Below are positions 36,445-49,624 of a DNA stretch of 63,859 bases, piece by piece (the first letter of the stretch is position 1; every line of letters starts with the position of its first letter). Source of the stretch: Vitrella brassicaformis CCMP3155 (taxonomy: Eukaryota; Protista; Chromerida). The stretch spans positions 1-63,859 of the forward strand of contig CDMY01000260.1 in NCBI GenBank assembly GCA_001179505.1. Direction: 5' to 3'. The translations under genes and the position numbers were made by a program. The notes below the pieces were generated by a model. The model had not been told where the DNA came from. It ran no database searches and saw nothing but the letters and a program-made list of their open reading frames with translations.

Positions 36445-37155
36445 ATGCGCTTGTCGATCAATTTTTGGGGGTTTTATTATACTTCCAACATCCCCGAGCA
36501 ATGGCAGGGCGTTTTCGATTGCATCTTCGCTGCCTTTTTCGCCATCCTTGGTGTGGTGCTCTTCTCTGTCGGCGTCAGTCTGACGACTCGGGCGGCAGCC
36601 CTCAACCCTGCCGCTGATTTCGAAGCCCTCGGCCGAGTGTGCACCATCACTCACATAGAGTCTTCGGCAAAGCTTATCAGGGTCCCTGAAGATCACACAA
36701 CGATGCCGGCGTATATGAAGACGCACAGCCTACCTGGTGACCGTGGCAACGTCCGCTGCGACGTGAACTACAAGTACTCTTTCACGGCCGGTGACGGAAC
36801 AGCAGAATACACCTCATGGATCGAGACGAAGTCACAGTCCGGCCTCTGCCCACCCGCACCGGCGCTCCTGCACCTAGAGACGTTTGAGAGAGGCGATGTC
36901 GTGGACTGCTGGAGAATTAGAGACGGCAAGGGGAAGGTCGCTGACTCGTACCGATGTGGCAACAAGCCGCACTGCTACAAGATCTTCAACCCTGTGCAAG
37001 AAATCAAGGATCAGAAATCTGACGGGACGGTGTTTATGATAGTGGGGGCAGTGTTTTTTGCAGTGGGCCTTGCATCTCTGCTCTGCGTTCGTTACTGGGG
37101 TTTCTTGCTCCAGCTCGTTACTGGATGGATACGGACAGACAGGCGTGACGATTAA
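36445..37155 (+). CDS. Intronless two-TM protein with Cys-containing loop (copy 2)
   Basis: ATG at the position equivalent to copy 1. Shares DFEALGRVCTI, LHLETFE.G.VVDCWRIRDGKG, YRCGNKPHCYKIFNP and QKSDGT; lacks the Pro/Gly tail. Confidence 0.8.
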   Translation: MRLSINFWGFYYTSNIPEQWQGVFDCIFAAFFAILGVVLFSVGVSLTTRAAALNPAADFEALGRVCTITHIESSAKLIRVPEDHTTMPAYMKTHSLPGDRGNVRCDVNYKYSFTAGDGTAEYTSWIETKSQSGLCPPAPALLHLETFERGDVVDCWRIRDGKGKVADSYRCGNKPHCYKIFNPVQEIKDQKSDGTVFMIVGAVFFAVGLASLLCVRYWGFLLQLVTGWIRTDRRDD

Positions 37156-38296
37156 CCGAGACGGATGTGTCGAATGTGTTGAATGTGGTGGAAAGGCCAT
37201 GCATGCCTGCATCCATCCATCCATCAATCAGATGGATCAATCAGATGGTGGGCGGGTGCGGCGTGGGGGGCTGGACTGCTCTGGGCTGTCGATGACGTAG
37301 GCTGTGTGTCTTTCTGACCTTTTTTATGGGATCTGTATGGGTGGGCGGTGGGCGGCTGGATGCAGCGTCCGTGCGTTGGCAAATGATCTGAGCTGTAGTC
37401 AGTCAGCTTAGCTTTTTGTCTGACCCGATGGCCAGATGTGTGATGGTGCGTGTGCCCTGACTTAAATCACTTTCCGATGAATCAATGAAATAATCGACAA
37501 AGGCTCTGTCTACCTGCCAGCCGCCCCCAATTTGGCCGCCCCTCATGCGTGCATCCAATGCAGGTCTGCTCGCACACACCCCTATCTCTCACACCGGACA
37601 CGGTCTGCTTGCGGGGTCTGCACCCGGCTGGGGCCTGCGAATGTGCGTGACGGAATGACATGAGAGGTGCTGACATTAACCATCATCGTGTTTTGATCCG
37701 ATTCATGTCCAACGCACGAATGTCCCATCCCCACCCACATCGATGGATGGATGCGGCGATCGATGCACTCACATAAAGCACGACCACCACAGCCACAAAA
37801 AAGGCAACCTGTGAGTGACACACAGCCATCCCCCCACGCGTCAGTCAAAGGGCCCATAAAACCCCCTTTGGTTTGTCTATCTAGCTACCGACACACACAC
37901 ACACACACGTACTCAGACAACAGAGAGGGTGGACCCCGGCACGGCCTCGTGTGAATGCCTCGTGTGAATGGATGGAATCCTCTCTCTCCAAGCTTGCGCA
38001 CGGGAGAAGACAGACACCATCCACGCCAGCAGAGACACAGAAGAGGGAGGCAGAGGAGGGAGGTGAGATTGAGAAGAGGAGGCCAACCAACTGAAAGGAA
38101 ACCAGGGCGAGAGAAAAAAGCAGGCGCACGACGGACGAGACACCGACTGCAATTGACACGTGTGTCTATCGCCCGGTCCCTCTGCACTGGCCAGCTGTGC
38201 CACGGCACCGACTGCACACACAACACACAGAATTCCCCACAGGGCATTCCATTTGTGTGGTCTGCAGCGCACATCCCTCTCTCTGCCGGCCCGGCC

Positions 38297-38516
38297 TTAC
38301 CCGCCCGACGCCATGGCCTGGAACCGCTGAGCTCTGAAATTCGTCACCGGGCCCAGTGAGCGGCCTACACAGACACACGCACACACACGTTGCCATCGTC
38401 CTTTTCTGTCTGTCTTGCGTCCTTTTCTGTCTTGTGCTCCTGGCCGGCCGCCCCGTATGCTCACGTGAGGTGTAAGAGCCGGTATTAAAGAAGACCTGAT
38501 TGCCCACCTGACCACG
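38297..38516 (-). pseudogene. Orphan copy of the last two exons of the 24386..25860 gene
   Basis: RGQVGNQVFFNTGSYTS / RSLGPVTNFRAQRFQAMASGG* duplicated at the arm end; no matching upstream exons seen. Confidence 0.6.
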
Positions 38517-39297
38517 TGTCAAACCGACAGCACAAGAGGACGGCATGACAGAGTGAGGCACAGACAGACAGACAGACAGAGAAGGACAGACAGACAGGTT
38601 CAGGCATGCGCAGGGAAAGAGACAGAGAGAGAGAGATGAGCACGTCGGTGTGTGTGTTGTGCAGGCGTATGCGGCGAATGCGTGAGGACTGATGGATGGA
38701 TGGATGGATGGAAGGATACGGACAGACAGAAACGAGTACGTGCGAATCTGTTGAATGTGTTGACATTGTATCAAGTCGCACTCACACGAAAGACTAAGCT
38801 TCTTGACGAGATGCGTTTTGGCGAGTCTTAAGATACACACGCACACACATCGATCACGACAGCCAGCCAGCCAGTCCATCGAGATGAAAAACGGCCACGT
38901 ACGTGTACCTGACGGACCACAAGTGGGTGTGTGGGGCGTGAGCAGCCAGACACTGCATGTGACACTCGACTCACATTGTCACTGCGGCACTTCATCCGTC
39001 CCCTCACTCCTTGCATGGTGTTTCAAACCATTCACCCTCTCTCCGTCCGCACACACCGCAGACACAATCTTGTACAAGAGAGAGAGAGAGAGAGAGCGGG
39101 AGGAGGAGAGCCACACACGCCTCCCCTCCCTCCCCTCCTCTCCCCACCCGCAGCCATACACACAACACACTTCGGCGACGAAGCTTGCCGCCTCAGTCAG
39201 CCGCCACCCACTCTACCCTACAACGCCACCTCGAACCCAACTACCCCCACCCTCTGGCTTGATGTATGTGGTTGGTGGATGTGCCGGGTGGGTTCGA

Positions 39298-39954
39298 TCA
39301 GGCCATGGGCCCGTGGGTGATGGGTTGCGAGTTGAGGGCCTTGATGGGGTTGTTGGAGCGGTCCGGCAAAATGCAGTCCGGATGGATACCCGCTCTGTCA
39401 GGCAGTCAGTCAGTCGTGACACACAAAAAACACACACGAATGACACACCACACAAGACAAGACGGTCGACACACAGTGTGTGAGAGATCTGTGCTGTGTG
39501 AGTGCTCAGAACTGACTGACCTCTGGAGGTTCATGCGCTCGTGCCACCAGGGCCAGAGAACGGCGTGAGTGTCCTTGTCGTTCTTGATGCCATACGACCT
39601 GTGACAGAGAGAGACAGAGACACCTTTGCGTGTGCGCGGGTGTAGGGTACGTCCACACAGGCAGGCAAGCGGGCAGCTGCCGCTTCCGGGAGTGGGGCAG
39701 TGTTGCGCTGGTCTTGCTTTTCTCTGCTGACCCTCTGCTGTCTGTCTGTGTGTCCCTCCACCCTCCCACCCTCTCTCCCTCCGTCAGTGTGTGTGTGTCT
39801 GTGTGTGTGTGCGTGTGGCTTACCATCGGGCGTAGATATCGCCGAAGACGACGAAGGCTACGGAGGCGCGCATGGTCCGCACGCACCACTTGTCGGGCAT
39901 GAGGATGCCCTTCTTCCCATAGTAAAGCGCCAAACGAGGCGCCGACAGAAACAT
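39298..39954 (-). CDS. Small (~100 aa) single-TM protein, possibly a mitochondrial inner-membrane complex subunit
   Basis: Three phase-consistent exons: MFLSAPRLALYYGKKGILMPDKWCVRTMRASVAFVVFGDIYARW|SYGIKNDKDTHAVLWPWWHERMNLQR|AGIHPDCILPDRSNNPIKALNSQPITHGPMA*. The function is only a guess from size, composition and one hydrophobic stretch. Confidence 0.6.
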
Positions 39955-40240
39955 CTTCGCAACCTGTTACTCCCTCCCAGCAGCTTCCCTCCGGCACTGC
40001 CACGGTTTCAGGGAGCACCCTACACGATTTTGCGAGCTGGCGTGCAGAGTTCCCTTCTCCTCAGAGCGTTTGCAGCAGTCCCAACTCGTGAGGACGAGGA
40101 GGATCCCTCGAGTGATCGCGGTTATCTTCCTGCTCAGTTCCGTCATTGATTGAGTCGCGGCGAGCGAGCAGTATTGCACGTGAAGTGAGTGCGGGATCCT
40201 CGTCTGTAAGTGTGTTGCCAGGCACAGGCATGGCTGAGGG

Positions 40241-43200
40241 ATGACCATGGACGCCCTGTTCGCGGCCTTTGTGCCTGGGAGTTCTGAGGCCGTCAGCCAA
40301 TGTGCCCATTGGGAGACCAACCTACCTCAGGCTCAGCGGCAGCAGCAGCAACAGCAGCAGCAGCAGCAGCAGCCAGAGGGAAGGAGGAAGGACGTAGCGA
40401 AGAACAGCAGCAGCAGCAGCAGGGCCAAGGACAGCAATCCCAGGCATAACCTGAAGCTCAAGAGGCCATCCATCAGCTGCAGCTGGTCCATCCACGACTG
40501 TAAGCTCACTCTCCCTCCTCCCTCCCCCCCATGGCGTGGCCCATGCCATCGGATGTCATGTGTCTGTCTGTCTGTGTGCATCCGGCTGTCCATCCATATA
40601 TCAGTTGAGGAGAAGACCTTCCTCTCCGAGGGAGCATACGGGCGCGTGTACAAGTCTGAGTTCACCCCTGGGCGGCAGACGGTGGCCCTCAAGAGGCTGC
40701 AGCGGACGGAGTCGCGGCGGGACGGCAGGAAGGAGGAGCACAGGGAGAGGGACCCTTTTGAGGCCGCTGAGGGGGTACGTCACGTCAGTCATTCTGACAC
40801 ACACACACCCGCAGATGCCAGAGAGAGCAACACGACTGACTCTGTGTGTGTCTGTGCAGATTCCGATCATCATCTTCCGCGAGCTGATGTTTCTGCAGGA
40901 GCTGAGTGAGCGATCTGCAAACATGGGGTGGCTCGGCTCATCAACCGACGATTTCTATCTATCATGCGTGTGTGTGTGGGGGATGGTGGGTGGTGTGGCT
41001 GCAGAGCACAGGAATATCGTGCGCTACTTCGGCACTCTCACAGACAGTAAGGCAACACGCACACACACACACACACAGAGAGAGAGGGAGAGAGAGGACC
41101 CCTGTAAGTGTGTGTGTGTGTGTCCATGCACACAAACATCAGGGCCCGGCGTGTCGCGTCACGGCAGTGACGGCAGCTTGTCGAGCGACAGCCTGCGGGA
41201 GGAGCAGAAGGATGACTATTCGGCCAACATGATCTTCGAGTACGTCAACCACACCCTCCACTACCTCATTAACTACAGGGCCGGGCCGCACAAGGCGCAG
41301 CACTCAAACCCCTTCACAAACCTGGGCAACAAACTGCCGGTAAAAAAGCTAGTGTGTGTTCGGAAATGAAATGCCTCACGAACGATTCGATTGTCCGTGT
41401 GGTTTGGTGTGCGCAGTTCTCGGCTTTGGAATTTCGCGTGTTGCTGAAGCAGCTGCTGGATGGGCTCAACTACTGCCACAGCCACGGCATCCTGCACAGG
41501 GACATCAAAGGTAGGTCAGCCACCATGCCATGCCCATACACAGAAGAAAGCACTGCCACTGCATCCCCTTTGTGTGTGTGTTGGGGGGGGTCAGCCGCGA
41601 ATGTGTTGGTTGACACGCGGGGCCGGCTCAAGATCATCGACTTCGGCCTGGCGGCGCGCACCAAATCCGGAGAGTCGCACATGTGCACCAACGTCTGTAC
41701 CTACCCCTACAGGCCACCTGGTGGGGACTCCCCGGCCCCGCCCCGCCCCTCTCATCATTGCCTCTCTGTGTGTGTATGTGTGGCTGTCGCGGTGTGTGTG
41801 TGTGCGTGTGTGTGTGTGTGTGGTGTAGAGGTGCATCTGGGCTACACGGGTTATGGTGCGGACATCGACATTTTCTCTGTGGGCTGCCTGTTCGCCGAGA
41901 TGCTGCTGGGCTTCCACCCCTTCCTCGACCAGCGGGAGCACAAGCACGACGGTCAGTCAGTAGTCAGTGAATGAGTGAATGAGTCACCCTGCCAATCTTT
42001 CCAACCACACACACACGGAGATGGATGGATGGACACGGGTGCTGGTCGGTGTGTTGTGCATGCAGATCATGACAAGAAGGATGGCCACCACATCCCCCCT
42101 GACGACATCTCCCTCTGGATCATGCTCGTGGTGAGTGAGCTCCGCCCTACCCCCCGCCCAGCCACACACCCCGGAAAATCCATCTCTCTCTCTCTCTCTC
42201 TCCCTCCCTGTCTGTGTGTGGCCCATCCCTCCCTCCCTCCCCACCAATCCAATCCGACAGCGTCTCGGTCTGCGGACCCCCAAGGGCCACGAGTGTCCTT
42301 ATGTCGAATTCGGCGGGCCGGAGGAGCGAGACATGATCAGCGAGTTCCTCAAGAGCCTGCCCAACTGGGAGGACAAGTGCCGCAAGTTCGAGCGGCACGA
42401 GCGGGACCACCGGCTGCCCTGGCCCGACCACTTCCTCAACCTCTTCGACCACCCCAACCTGCAGAGGCTCAAACAGTGAGGAGGGAGGGGGAGGGGGAGG
42501 GGGTGGGTGTGGAGAGATTGTGTGTGTGTGTGTGTGTATCTGTGGTTGCGGTAGGTATGACCCTGACGCCTTTGATCTGCTCACAAAGATGCTCAATCCC
42601 AATGGAGGTGAGAAATCGTTAAATCGTTGTGCCGTCGTGAGGGACGAGATGAGATGAGATGGATGGATGGATGTGTGACTTGCAGCCCGTCGCATCACTG
42701 CACACAACGCCCTGCGCCACCCGTTCTTCACCGAGTGGGCGCAGCAGCCCATCCCCGAAACGTGAGACCACACCAGCCCACCCCTGCCACCCACACGCAC
42801 TTCCTCGTGTCTTAATGTGTTTGTGTGTTGATTGCTTCATGACGATCGGTCCATCCATCAGGCTCAGCTGGGCGCTCATTCCCGAGCGGAAGCCGCCCGA
42901 CATGAAGGTGCCCTTCGAGTACGCCGATATCAACGAGGTGCCCCCCTATATGCCGGAGCACGTCAGGCCCCCGCCCCCCTCTGACATCTCCCGGCCAATC
43001 CGCATCCTTCGGGTCCCACACGCACACGCACACCCACACGCCGGGATGTCTGGCATGTCGGTGTCCGCGCCATTCCATCCTCCGCCGCACCCAGGGTCTT
43101 GCCCGCCTGCCTCTGTCGAGGGGATCAACCTCTTCCCCCCGGCCCCGGCCGTGCACGGCCACGCACAGCCAACGGTGCCGGACGAGCTGGTGGACCATCA

Positions 43201-44947
43201 GATCCACATGGCGGGGGGGAGCACTATCAAGGTGCTCAAGCCGCCTGGCATGCCGCCCGGGCCGTTCGTCCCGCGGCAGCCGCAGCACGAGCCGCCGTGC
43301 CTTCCGCCTTTGCCGATAAGGCCCATCTCTCCCCGCCCACCGCCACACGATCGAGACCACCATGCCCACGAGCAGCAGCAGCAGCAGCAGCTCAACGGCG
43401 TGCATCCCCTCGCGCATCCAGAGGACGCCAGCCGGCCCACCTCAGTCGACAAGGACCGGTTTAAGGAGGTCTCAGAAGCGGCGAGAGAGGAGAGCGTCGG
43501 TGTCGGTCGCGGTGTCACCGCAAGCAAGAAGCGAGAGCCACTGCCGCTCCAAGAGGAGGTCGTCAGGAAGGCGGGGCTGGTCAACGGCAACGGCAGTGGC
43601 AGTGGGCGAGCATCCGACAGGGGAGAGAGGCCGCCCCGGCCCCCCCCAAGAGAAGGAGAGAGGCCCGCGCCCCCACCCCCCCTCCCACCACCAAGAGGCC
43701 GTCGATCGCTTTCCCCCTCTCCCCCTCCCCCTCCCCAGCCCCGCCGTGGTGAGCGTGACCGTGACCGTGATCGAGACCACCTCCCTCCCTTGCCCCCATC
43801 TGTCGGGCGCCCGCTGCCAAGCGGCCGCTGCCGAACGGCCAGAGAGAGGGAGGAGAGGGAGAGGGAGAGGGATGATAAGAGGCGGCCCCCACCCGCACCA
43901 CCACCACCTCTCCCCGATGACGTCGACAGGAAACGCGGCCGCCAGCCCCCGCCCCTGCCGGCTCCCCCACGTAAACGAAGCCTCTCCCCGTCACCACGCG
44001 AGCCGAGACGAGATCGAGACCGAGATCGAGATCCTCCCCCGCCACGCAGGAAGCGCGAAAGAGAGCCATATCTTCCCCCCATTGAGGCGGGCTTTCGGCC
44101 GTCGCCTGGCCCGTCCCCTGACATGCGAGATCGGCGTGATAGGGGGAGGGAGAGGGAGAGGGAGAGGGAGAGAGACCGGGAGAGAGACAGAGACAGAGAT
44201 CGGGAGGAGAGAGACAGAGGAGGAAGGTGAGCGCCGACCCAACACACCTTCCCACAGATCCATCCATCCGCTCACTCACACAGCTGCTGGAAGGATGGAT
44301 GGAAATGTGCGTGTGTGTGTGTGTGTGTGCTTGTGTGTTTTGTGTTATGTGTCAGGGGGGGTTTGCGGCCTCGGCGAGACCGAGAGCGATCGGAGGATCG
44401 CAAGAGGGAGATGCGGGAGGAGGACCTCATCGACAAGATCGACAAGGGCAGGGACGCCAGCCTCTTCTTCAAGACAGAGCGGGAGAAGATGCTCCTGCGG
44501 GACAGGGACAGGGACAGAGACGCTGACCGACCCCCACCCAGGTACACCCTTCCACCCTCTCCCTCCCTCCCTCCACCCACCCATCCCCCTATATGTCCCT
44601 GCTGCAGGCGCGATCACCGAGACGGCGACCGTCCCAGGCGGCGCAGCCCGTCGCCACCGCCGGGCCCACCGCCAGCAAAGCGGCTCCGTTCAACGGCAGA
44701 CGGCCCCTCTCCCAGAGAGACACAGAGAGACAGAGAGCGGGAGAGAGACCGAGGAGATCACCGTGTCTCTCCACGTATCTCGCCGCTTGGCAAGAGAGAC
44801 AGGGAGAGAGACAGGGAGAGGGATGAAGGCCGTCGTGTGCGGATGCGTGTGGGGCCTGGAGGGCCTGGGGGTGTGTCGCCGCCCACTGGCCGGAGGGGCA
44901 GGGGGTATGACGGACATGACGGCACGCCGCCCCCACCTGGCACATGA
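40241..44947 (+). CDS. Cyclin-dependent kinase, transcriptional (CDK9/12-like) type, with long Pro- and Arg/Asp/Glu-rich C-tail
   Basis: SEGAYGRVY, VALKRL, GIPIIIFRELMFLQEL (cf. PITALRE), HRDIK|AANVL, DFGLA, YRPPE, DIDIFSVGCLFAEM, AFDLLTKML; RD/RE dipeptide tail. Confidence 0.9.
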
Positions 44948-45540
44948 CTGACTGACTCTCGTCGGCTGTTTCTGGTGTGGGAGGGTCGAGTGTGGTGGAT
45001 GGGTGAGAAGAGCCAGGCGGCAAGGCTTTTGGCTGTCTGTCTGGCTAGGGAGGGCAGCCCCTGTACACAGAGCACACACAGAGAGAGAGGGAGGAAGGGT
45101 TTCTGCAGTTGTATTTGTTGCCGGCCCCGCCGGGGTGGGATGGGCCGGACGGAGGAGCCTCAGGGATTTTTGCGGATGTGTGGTGATGGTGATGGTGAAT
45201 CGCGGGGAGGGGAGGGATGGGTGGGTGTTGATCAGATTGAGACAGGGTAACTGGCAGGCATTATGGCGACCGACGTGTGTGTGTGTGTGTGTGCGGACCA
45301 CTCGACCGTTCGTTGTCTGCCTTCGAAGGTCAGTCACATCAGTCACACTCTGTCGACAACACACAGGGCATTCACTACACACACATGCACAGAGCCAGCA
45401 GTAAACACATCACCACAGAGACAGAGCAGACAGAGCCCACATGGCTCGCTCACGTCGCCCACAGCACATCCCACAGCACTCTCGTCACCACCCAGGTCGT
45501 ACTATCTCGCCCAGACCAAACTGACGCGAACCCTGACAAC

Positions 45541-47246
45541 TCACACACACACATGCAAATGCATGCGCACGGACGATTGTGTAGGTGCATATATTGATTT
45601 CTGTCTCTCCTTTGTCGACGCACCTTGGCGCAGGTCCGAGGATCGGCGTAGAGCTTGTAAGGCCTTCCGAAATACCATGACGACGGACTCGACGCAAGCG
45701 CCAGACGACTGCACACAATCACACACAACCACATAGAGATCCATCCATCGACACAAGCAAAGCCCTCCGTCCGTCGCCGTGCTCACCATGCATAGCTCCC
45801 CCCCGCCCCGGAGACACCCCTACCACCACCCCCTGCACGCCCAGCCCTCACCCCACCCCTCTCAGGCTGCTGCGTGCCCTCAACCACCGCCCCAAACCTA
45901 TGCCGCAGCTTGAGCATCTGTCTCGATGGCGACACGCCAGCATCAGCACGTCCGTGTGCATACGCGGGGTTTGGGGTGGCCGGGGGGTGCGTCACGGGAC
46001 GCAGCAGCTGCGGCACTGGCCCCAGGAGGGTGGATGGCGGGGGCGAGCGGAAGGTCCATTGTATGGGGGGCTTGGCCAGGACGTATGGCTCCCACCCACT
46101 GGCGGGCAGAGACACGTGCACGTCGGCGTACGCATCTGCACAGCGCACACACCAGCGGACCGATCAATGCGAGAAAAGGAACCACTCAAGTCACTCACAT
46201 GCCTCTTTGGGCGGCTTCAGCACGTGTCTCCGTCGTCTCCCAACAGGCAGCCCGAACTCAAACGACGACTGCCGACACACACGCCGGCCCCTCTGGCTTG
46301 TCTCCCTCCCCCTCTCCCTCTTCCTCTCAGGCTCGGCCACACCCGCCACCACACCAGCAGGCAGGAAGGTCGGCGGGTGGAAGGGCGGCTGATCCTGAGC
46401 TTCATCTTCATCCTCGCTATTCGAGGGAGGAGGCTTCGGCTGTTCCTGCCCAATGAGGCTGCGCGGGCGTGATGGCCGGGGCAGCTGAGGGGGCGGCCTC
46501 TTCTCCTGTCTGTTCCGCGGTTGGGCTCTTTCCGGTGCTCATCGCGTTCCTCATCGCTCTCCTCGACGGCCATCGGCTGCCGGGCGCTGCGAGACGTCAC
46601 ATAGGCGCTTCTCTTGCCAGCATGCAGAGCCACATCCCCCACACCCACACCCACACCAACGCCCCCCTTGTCGTCTCCCTCTATGTCGATCTGCCCCTCT
46701 TCAGCACTGTAAGCTTTGGCTTTCGGGCCGACAACAGAGGAGATCGTCCCTGCCTTCGGCTTGGCCGGGCCTGCTGGTGGTGGTGGGGCCTTCGTCTTTG
46801 CTGGTGCTCCTGGTGGTGCTGTGGATTGGGCGAGGGAGACCACCTTGCCCTCCACACTTCTCCGCCTCTCTTCCATCGCTGCTTTTGACTTTGGCGGCCC
46901 TTTCCCGACAGACGACACCGACGGCCTCAGAAATTTGGGGCTCTCGTCGATGGCAGCGCCTCCCTCTTCATCGCCAGGGACTGCAGGCATCACATGCATC
47001 AGCCATGCAGATGGATTCCACTCTCAGTCTCTCTCTCTCTCTGTCTCACATACACTTGGCGGTTGGAGGGGGCGGCGGCGGTCGTGGCGGCGCCTTCTTG
47101 CCTGGAGGGGCTGCTGCTGCCGGTTGCCGTGGTAGTGGTGGTGGTTCAGATTTCTCTTTCTCGCTGGCCATGCCGGCGGATGGTGCTGGGGATGGCGATG
47201 GCGGGTCGTAGCTGCCCTCAGACTCCTCGGGGGTGCTCGCACTCAT
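45541..47246 (-). CDS. Hypothetical low-complexity Pro/Ala/Lys-rich protein
   Basis: Exons MSASTPEESEG...PPTAK|VMPAVPGDEE...|SSFEFGLPVGRRRRHVLKPPKEA|YAYADVHVSLP... join with GT-AG. No domain recognised; 3' end uncertain. Confidence 0.45.
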
Positions 47247-47480
47247 CGGACAAGATGATCCTGACTCTGTCAAAACTCATCCGCACTCCCTCTGTGCGTC
47301 AGATGGAAGGGGTTCAAGTTCCCGCACACGGTGAGACTGCGGGTGGCCCCCATCCTCCCCGTCTCGCGCGCGACGTTCATAAAGGTCTGACTCTGACTGA
47401 GGGCTCAGTCCGTGCAGCTCACACGCACATATGACGGAAAACACCGCACGGCGCACACATGCAGTGACTGTCACTAGCAG

Positions 47481-48952
47481 TCACCTGCCGGCCCGCCTCT
47501 CCTTCTTGGCCACCCTCTGTGCCTCTTTGGCCTTCTTGGCCTCCTCTCTGGCCTTCTGCTCGCGGATCCGCCCCTGTTCCCTGTGTCATGCAGACAGACA
47601 GACAGAGATGACGACGATGCATGCNNNNNNNNNNNNNNNNNNNNNNNNNNNNNNNNNNNNNNNNNNNNNNNNNNNNNNNNNNNNNNNNNNNNNNNNNNNN
47701 NNNNNNNNNNNNNNNNNNNNNNNNNNNNNNNNNNNNNNNNNNNNNNNNNNNNNNNNNNNNNNNNNNNNNNNNNNNNNNNNNNNNNNNNNNNNNNNNNNNN
47801 NNNNNNNNNNNNNNNNNNNNNNNNNNNNNNNNNNNNNNNNNNNNNNNNNNNNNNNNNNNNNNNNNNNNNNNNNNNNNNNNNNNNNNNNNNNNNNNNNNNN
47901 NNNNNNNNNNNNNNNNNNNNNNNNCCCCCCCCCTGCCACGTCAATTGTCACTCCTCACTTCTCGTGAGCTTGCTTGGCGGCGTCGCGCTGCATCTGTTCG
48001 ACCGCCTTGACCTGAAGACATGAAGACGTGGACCGATCACATCAACCGGCAGCATGCAGCACCGCAGACAGACAGTGTGTGTCAGAAGGGGCCGCTGGCC
48101 GTCTTTCTTACCCACTCACCCGACCGTCTGACCCACCCACCCGTTCTTTGTTGTCGTTGCGCAGCAGCCCGTCGTCACCGGCATTCTCACCCCGCCGTGT
48201 CAGGCCCTGAGTCGTGTAAATCTCGCCTGCACAAACACATAAATACATACATACCCACCCACCACATTAACAACAAGGCCAACCACACACCCATCCGTCC
48301 ATCAACGGATGGACGCTATCTATCCTTTTCTCCCTCCCTCCCTGCCCACGGACCATTTTCGCCCCTCTCGACGCGTTCGCTGACTTCCATGCCATACTGC
48401 TCCATCACACTCTTCTTCAGCCGACGCTCCTCCTCATCCTCATCGTCAATCTCACCACCGCCATGCCCGCCGTCCTCATCCCCACGCCGGCCATTCGACG
48501 ACTGCTGCCTATCCTCCCCCTCAGCTGCGGAGGACGCCTTGATGGCGTCCACCAGTCTGCTGTGCTTGGTCTCGGTGGCTTTGGCCCGCTGCTTGGCGTC
48601 GAGGTCACGCCAGCGGTCGAAGGCGTCGCGGGCGATGGAGTGGAGGAGGGCCTCCTTTGAGTCGTCCTCCAGCACTGCGAGCAGGCTGCCCTGGACGGCC
48701 TCGAGCTTCTCGTCGTCATCCAATGAGTCATCCTTCACAATGCCCAACACATACTCTGACACACAGACAGACAGACCATTCCACAGAGTGTGCCGCCAGC
48801 CATCGTGTTGTGTTTCCATCTTTGGGTTTGCGTGTCTGTCTGAGTGCTTTGTTTGTGCACCACTGCGCACCGGCGTATACGTCGCCGTCGATGCCGAGCT
48901 CCTCGAGCTTCTGCCGCATGAAGGCCATGAACTCACTCTCCGCCTCATCCAT
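47481..48952 (-). CDS. CCDC43: CCDC43-like coiled-coil protein (spans the second N gap)
   Basis: MDEAESEFMAFMRQKLEELGIDGDVYA|EYVLGIVKDDSLDDDEKLEAVQGSLLAVLE...KKSVMEQYG...LLRNDNKER|VKAVEQMQRDAAK...EQKAREEAKKAKEAQRVAKKERRAGR* follows the CCDC43 pattern (LEALGVD..VYG.YILGIL...EKLDALQGIL...LFRNTN). Confidence 0.75.
47625..47924. other. Assembly gap (300 N)
   Basis: Run of N. Confidence 1.
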
Positions 48953-49150
48953 CCCTGTGTGCCGCCTGCTGGATCTTATAGGGCCGACGATTCCGCTTGT
49001 CGTGCTGCCGCCCTCTGGCTTTCGCACTTAACTTTTCCCATCGCCTCCGATTTGGCGAGCTCGAAGGAGAAGAGCTCGCGCGAGGAAGCAAGATTCCTCC
49101 TTAGGGATAGGTAGTGAGCTTTCTGATCAGCTGACGTGAGGTTCATTATC

Positions 49151-49592
49151 ATGGCAGCCCGAGGCGGAGTCAATCCCTATGCGTAAGCTAGCTGCACCAG
49201 ACCGACAAGACAGCCATCACGCACGCAGACACGCGCACCCGCACCGAGCAACCACACTCATGCACGCGGCGCGGCAGCACGATGACCTGTCTGTCTGTCC
49301 ATAGCGTCCAGCCGATGAATACATACCAATGAATCTCCTGTTGTCTGCTGCTTGTTGTCTGCTGCTGGACAGGGGCGGTGGTCGTGGTGGTGGTCGTGGT
49401 GGTGGTCGTGGTGGTGGTCGTGGTGGCGGGATGCATATGTCGCCTGCGGCCGCTGCGGCTCCTGGAATGCGTGGCGGCGGGCGGGGCGGCGCGGCCATGA
49501 GAGGACGCCGAACCAGCGGAGGAAGCACACGGTCAGATGACCCCACACATAGGGGGGAGGGGAGGGAGATGGCCTGTGATGTGGTGTGGTGT

Positions 49593-49624
<32 letters not shown>

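Larger units (their letters stand above)
34992..38516. repeat. Right arm of inverted segmental duplication
   Basis: Reverse complement of 25642-29288. Confidence 0.9.

Noticed and set aside
43198-44279. Long minus-strand ORFs (349 and 232 aa)
   Set aside because: Antisense to the low-complexity CDK tail; composition (poly-SL, poly-G) mirrors the sense repeats.
48020-49114. 364-aa plus-strand ORF
   Set aside because: Antisense shadow of CCDC43 exons and introns.
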